A stretch of DNA of 64,000 nt from Candidatus Eiseniibacteriota bacterium (GTDB taxonomy: Bacteria > Eisenbacteria > RBG-16-71-46). The stretch's first letter is position 1, and each line of letters starts with the position of its first letter. Below, in pieces: positions 62,327 through 64,000 of the stretch. The notes under the pieces were generated by a model. It was not told the DNA's origin and did no database searches. It was given only the letters and a program-made list of their open reading frames with translations. The stretch is from positions 1,120,001 to 1,184,000 of the forward strand of contig OY970178.1 in the NCBI GenBank assembly GCA_963707915.1, read 5' to 3'. The position numbers and the translations under genes are program-made.

Positions 62327-62727
62327 CAGGCGGCCCTGCGCTGCGGCCGCACGTCACGGAGGTCCGCCGCCCGCCGCAGCGAACGGTGCACGGCGTGGCG
62401 GAGCGCGTCCATGGCGAACGGCTTGGGGAAGCACTCGAAGACGCCGGCGGCGGCGAGCGCGCGCAGCGTCTCGGGGCTGCCGTAGGCGGTCAGGATGATG
62501 ACCGGTAGGGTCCGGCGGCTGCGCGCCAGCTTGCGGGCCAGGTCGAGACCGCTCATGCCCGGCAGGCGCAGGTCGGAGATCACGAGGTCGCACTGGTCCT
62601 GCTGCAGCCAGCCCAGCGCCTCCTCCGCGGACGAGAACGTGTCGATGCTGAAGCCGTCGTCCGAGAGCCCCTCGGCCAGGGCCCAGGCGGTGCTCGGTTC
62701 GTCTTCGACGATCAGGATGTGGGGCAT
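62326..62727 (-). CDS. Single-domain response regulator (receiver only)
   Basis: ILIVEDE, DLVISDLRLPGMSG, IILTAYG, FPKPF. Confidence 0.92.
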   Translation of the reverse strand: MPHILIVEDEPSTAWALAEGLSDDGFSIDTFSSAEEALGWLQQDQCDLVISDLRLPGMSGLDLARKLARSRRTLPVIILTAYGSPETLRALAAAGVFECFPKPFAMDALRHAVHRSLRRAADLRDVRPQRRAA

Positions 62728-62763
62728 GAGCGTGGATCTCCGTTGGGTGCGGGAGCCTCGATT

Positions 62764-62780
62764 TGCACCCCGCGTGCCAG
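62764..62780 (-). promoter_or_regulatory. Sigma54 -24/-12 promoter for the REC-sigma4-flhG-fliA operon
   Basis: CTGGCACG-CGGG-GTGCA, near consensus, 36 nt upstream of the first ATG and downstream of a bEBP gene. Confidence 0.8.
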
Positions 62781-63195
62781 CAGGAGACCCGGTGCCGCGG
62801 AGGCGGGCCGCGGGGCCCGGGAGGAGGCCGGGAGCCGGGTCGGCGCGCCCGCCACCTCGTTCACGCGCGCAGGATTAGCCCTGCCGGGCCGGGGGCTGGC
62901 GCGCGTGCCCCGCTCCCCGGGGCGGAGGCGTCGACCCGGCCGTGTCGCAACGGGCAAGCCCGGCCTTGCAGGATGCCCGCCCAACCTCGTTCCGCCCGGG
63001 TCCCTCGCGCGACCGCTTCTTGACCGCGGGTGGCCCGGGAGGGGCCCGGCGTGTGCGCGTCGCGCCGGGCCCCCGGGAAGCGCCCACGCGCGGGGAGCGC
63101 CGCGACCCGGCCGGGGCCGGGCGGCCGGGGACGCGCGCCCCGCCCGCGGCGGCGTGCGCCGCCGCAGAACGCCCGGAGGAGGGACCTTCAGCCGA

Positions 63196-64000
63196 TCAGA
63201 GGTCCTCGCCCGCCTCGTCCGGGTCGTCGCCGAGCGCGTAGTCCTTGAGCTTCGTGCGCAACGTCTGGCGCGAGATGCCCAGTTGCTTCGCGGCGAGCGT
63301 CTTGTTGCCACCGCACACTGACAACGCGTGCTCGATCGCCAGCTTCTCGACCTCGACCAGCGGCCGCACCACTCCGGGCAGGAACACCCCCGCCGCCGAA
63401 GCCGGGGCGCGGGGCCCCCCGCGCGTTCCGGTCACCTCCGGCGGCAGGTGCTCGACGCGGATCTCGTCCTCGGCCTCGAGCAGCACGACGCGCTCCATCA
63501 GGTTCCGCAGCTCCCGGACGTTTCCCGGCCAGGCGTAGTCGAGCAGCACGCGCAGGGCGTCGGGGTGCAGCCGCGCCGTGGGGCGGCCCAGCTCGCGGCA
63601 GAACTGGGCGACGAAATGCTCGGCCATGAGCGGCACGTCCTCACGGCGCTCGCGCAGCGGCGGCACCTCGATGGGGACCACGTTGAGGCGGAAGTAGAGG
63701 TCCTCGCGGAAGCGCCCCTCCGCCACCGCCTTCGGCAGGTCGCGGTGGGTGGCGGCGATGACGCGCACGTCCACGGTGATGTCGCTCCCGCCGCCCACGC
63801 GGCGGAAGGTGCGGGTCTCGAGGACGTGGAGCAGCTTGGCCTGCAGGCCCGGGGTCATCTCGCCGATCTCGTCGAGGAACAGCGCGCCGCCGTCGGCCAG
63901 CTCGAAGAGGCCCTTCTTGAAGCGCTTGGCGTCGGTGAAGGCGCCCTTCTCGTGTCCGTACAGCTCGCTCTCCAGCAACTGCTCGGGGATGGCGCTGCAG
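63196..64000 (-). CDS. Sigma54-dependent enhancer-binding protein (AAA+ and Fis HTH; 5' end outside the window)
   Basis: [57 protein letters not shown]. Confidence 0.93.
   Translation of the reverse strand, partial: CSAIPEQLLESELYGHEKGAFTDAKRFKKGLFELADGGALFLDEIGEMTPGLQAKLLHVLETRTFRRVGGGSDITVDVRVIAATHRDLPKAVAEGRFREDLYFRLNVVPIEVPPLRERREDVPLMAEHFVAQFCRELGRPTARLHPDALRVLLDYAWPGNVRELRNLMERVVLLEAEDEIRVEHLPPEVTGTRGGPRAPASAAGVFLPGVVRPLVEVEKLAIEHALSVCGGNKTLAAKQLGISRQTLRTKLKDYALGDDPDEAGEDL

Overview
64 kb of a very GC-rich (roughly 70-75% by eye) diderm bacterial chromosome, densely coding, with about 56 real genes. Most long ORFs in the supplied track are GC shadow frames. The gene mix (PpiD, Wzi, Gemmatimonadota-style Ser/Thr kinase N-terminus, many GT-C proteins) suggests an FCB-affiliated lineage such as Ca. 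Eisenbacteria; this is an inference only. Housekeeping blocks: otsB, an eIF-2B-like gene, sdhA-C-D-B, rtcB and uvrA (both broken by single-G insertions, probably sequencing errors), ppiD, folB-folK-dNK-panB-panC-HIT-LytR_C-tatA, uvrB-nadC-birA-tatC-coaX-M28-GT-C-dapE-dapC-dapD-yfhO, valS, and scattered envelope-glycosylation genes. No rRNA, tRNA, CRISPR or transposase was seen. The most interesting signal is a sigma54/sigma28 regulatory cascade readable from the DNA, in three parts. (1) A 22-aa lysine-repeat microprotein missing from the ORF track (MAAKKKVAKKKVAKKKVAKKKK, 14053-14121, minus). It has a perfect 12-nt Shine-Dalgarno, its own terminator, and a sigma54 promoter with enhancer-like repeats directly behind a kinase/NtrC-family pair. 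(2) A sigma54-promoted operon (56733-62780) encoding a lone receiver, a stand-alone paralog of the FliA sigma4 domain, an orphan helical protein, FlhG, FliA/WhiG, a DHp-only protein, a catalytically dead GGDEF with an intact I-site, and a hybrid kinase; several products end in -AA. (3) Back-to-back sigma28-type promoters driving an MCP one way and a porin plus small periplasmic binding protein the other way.
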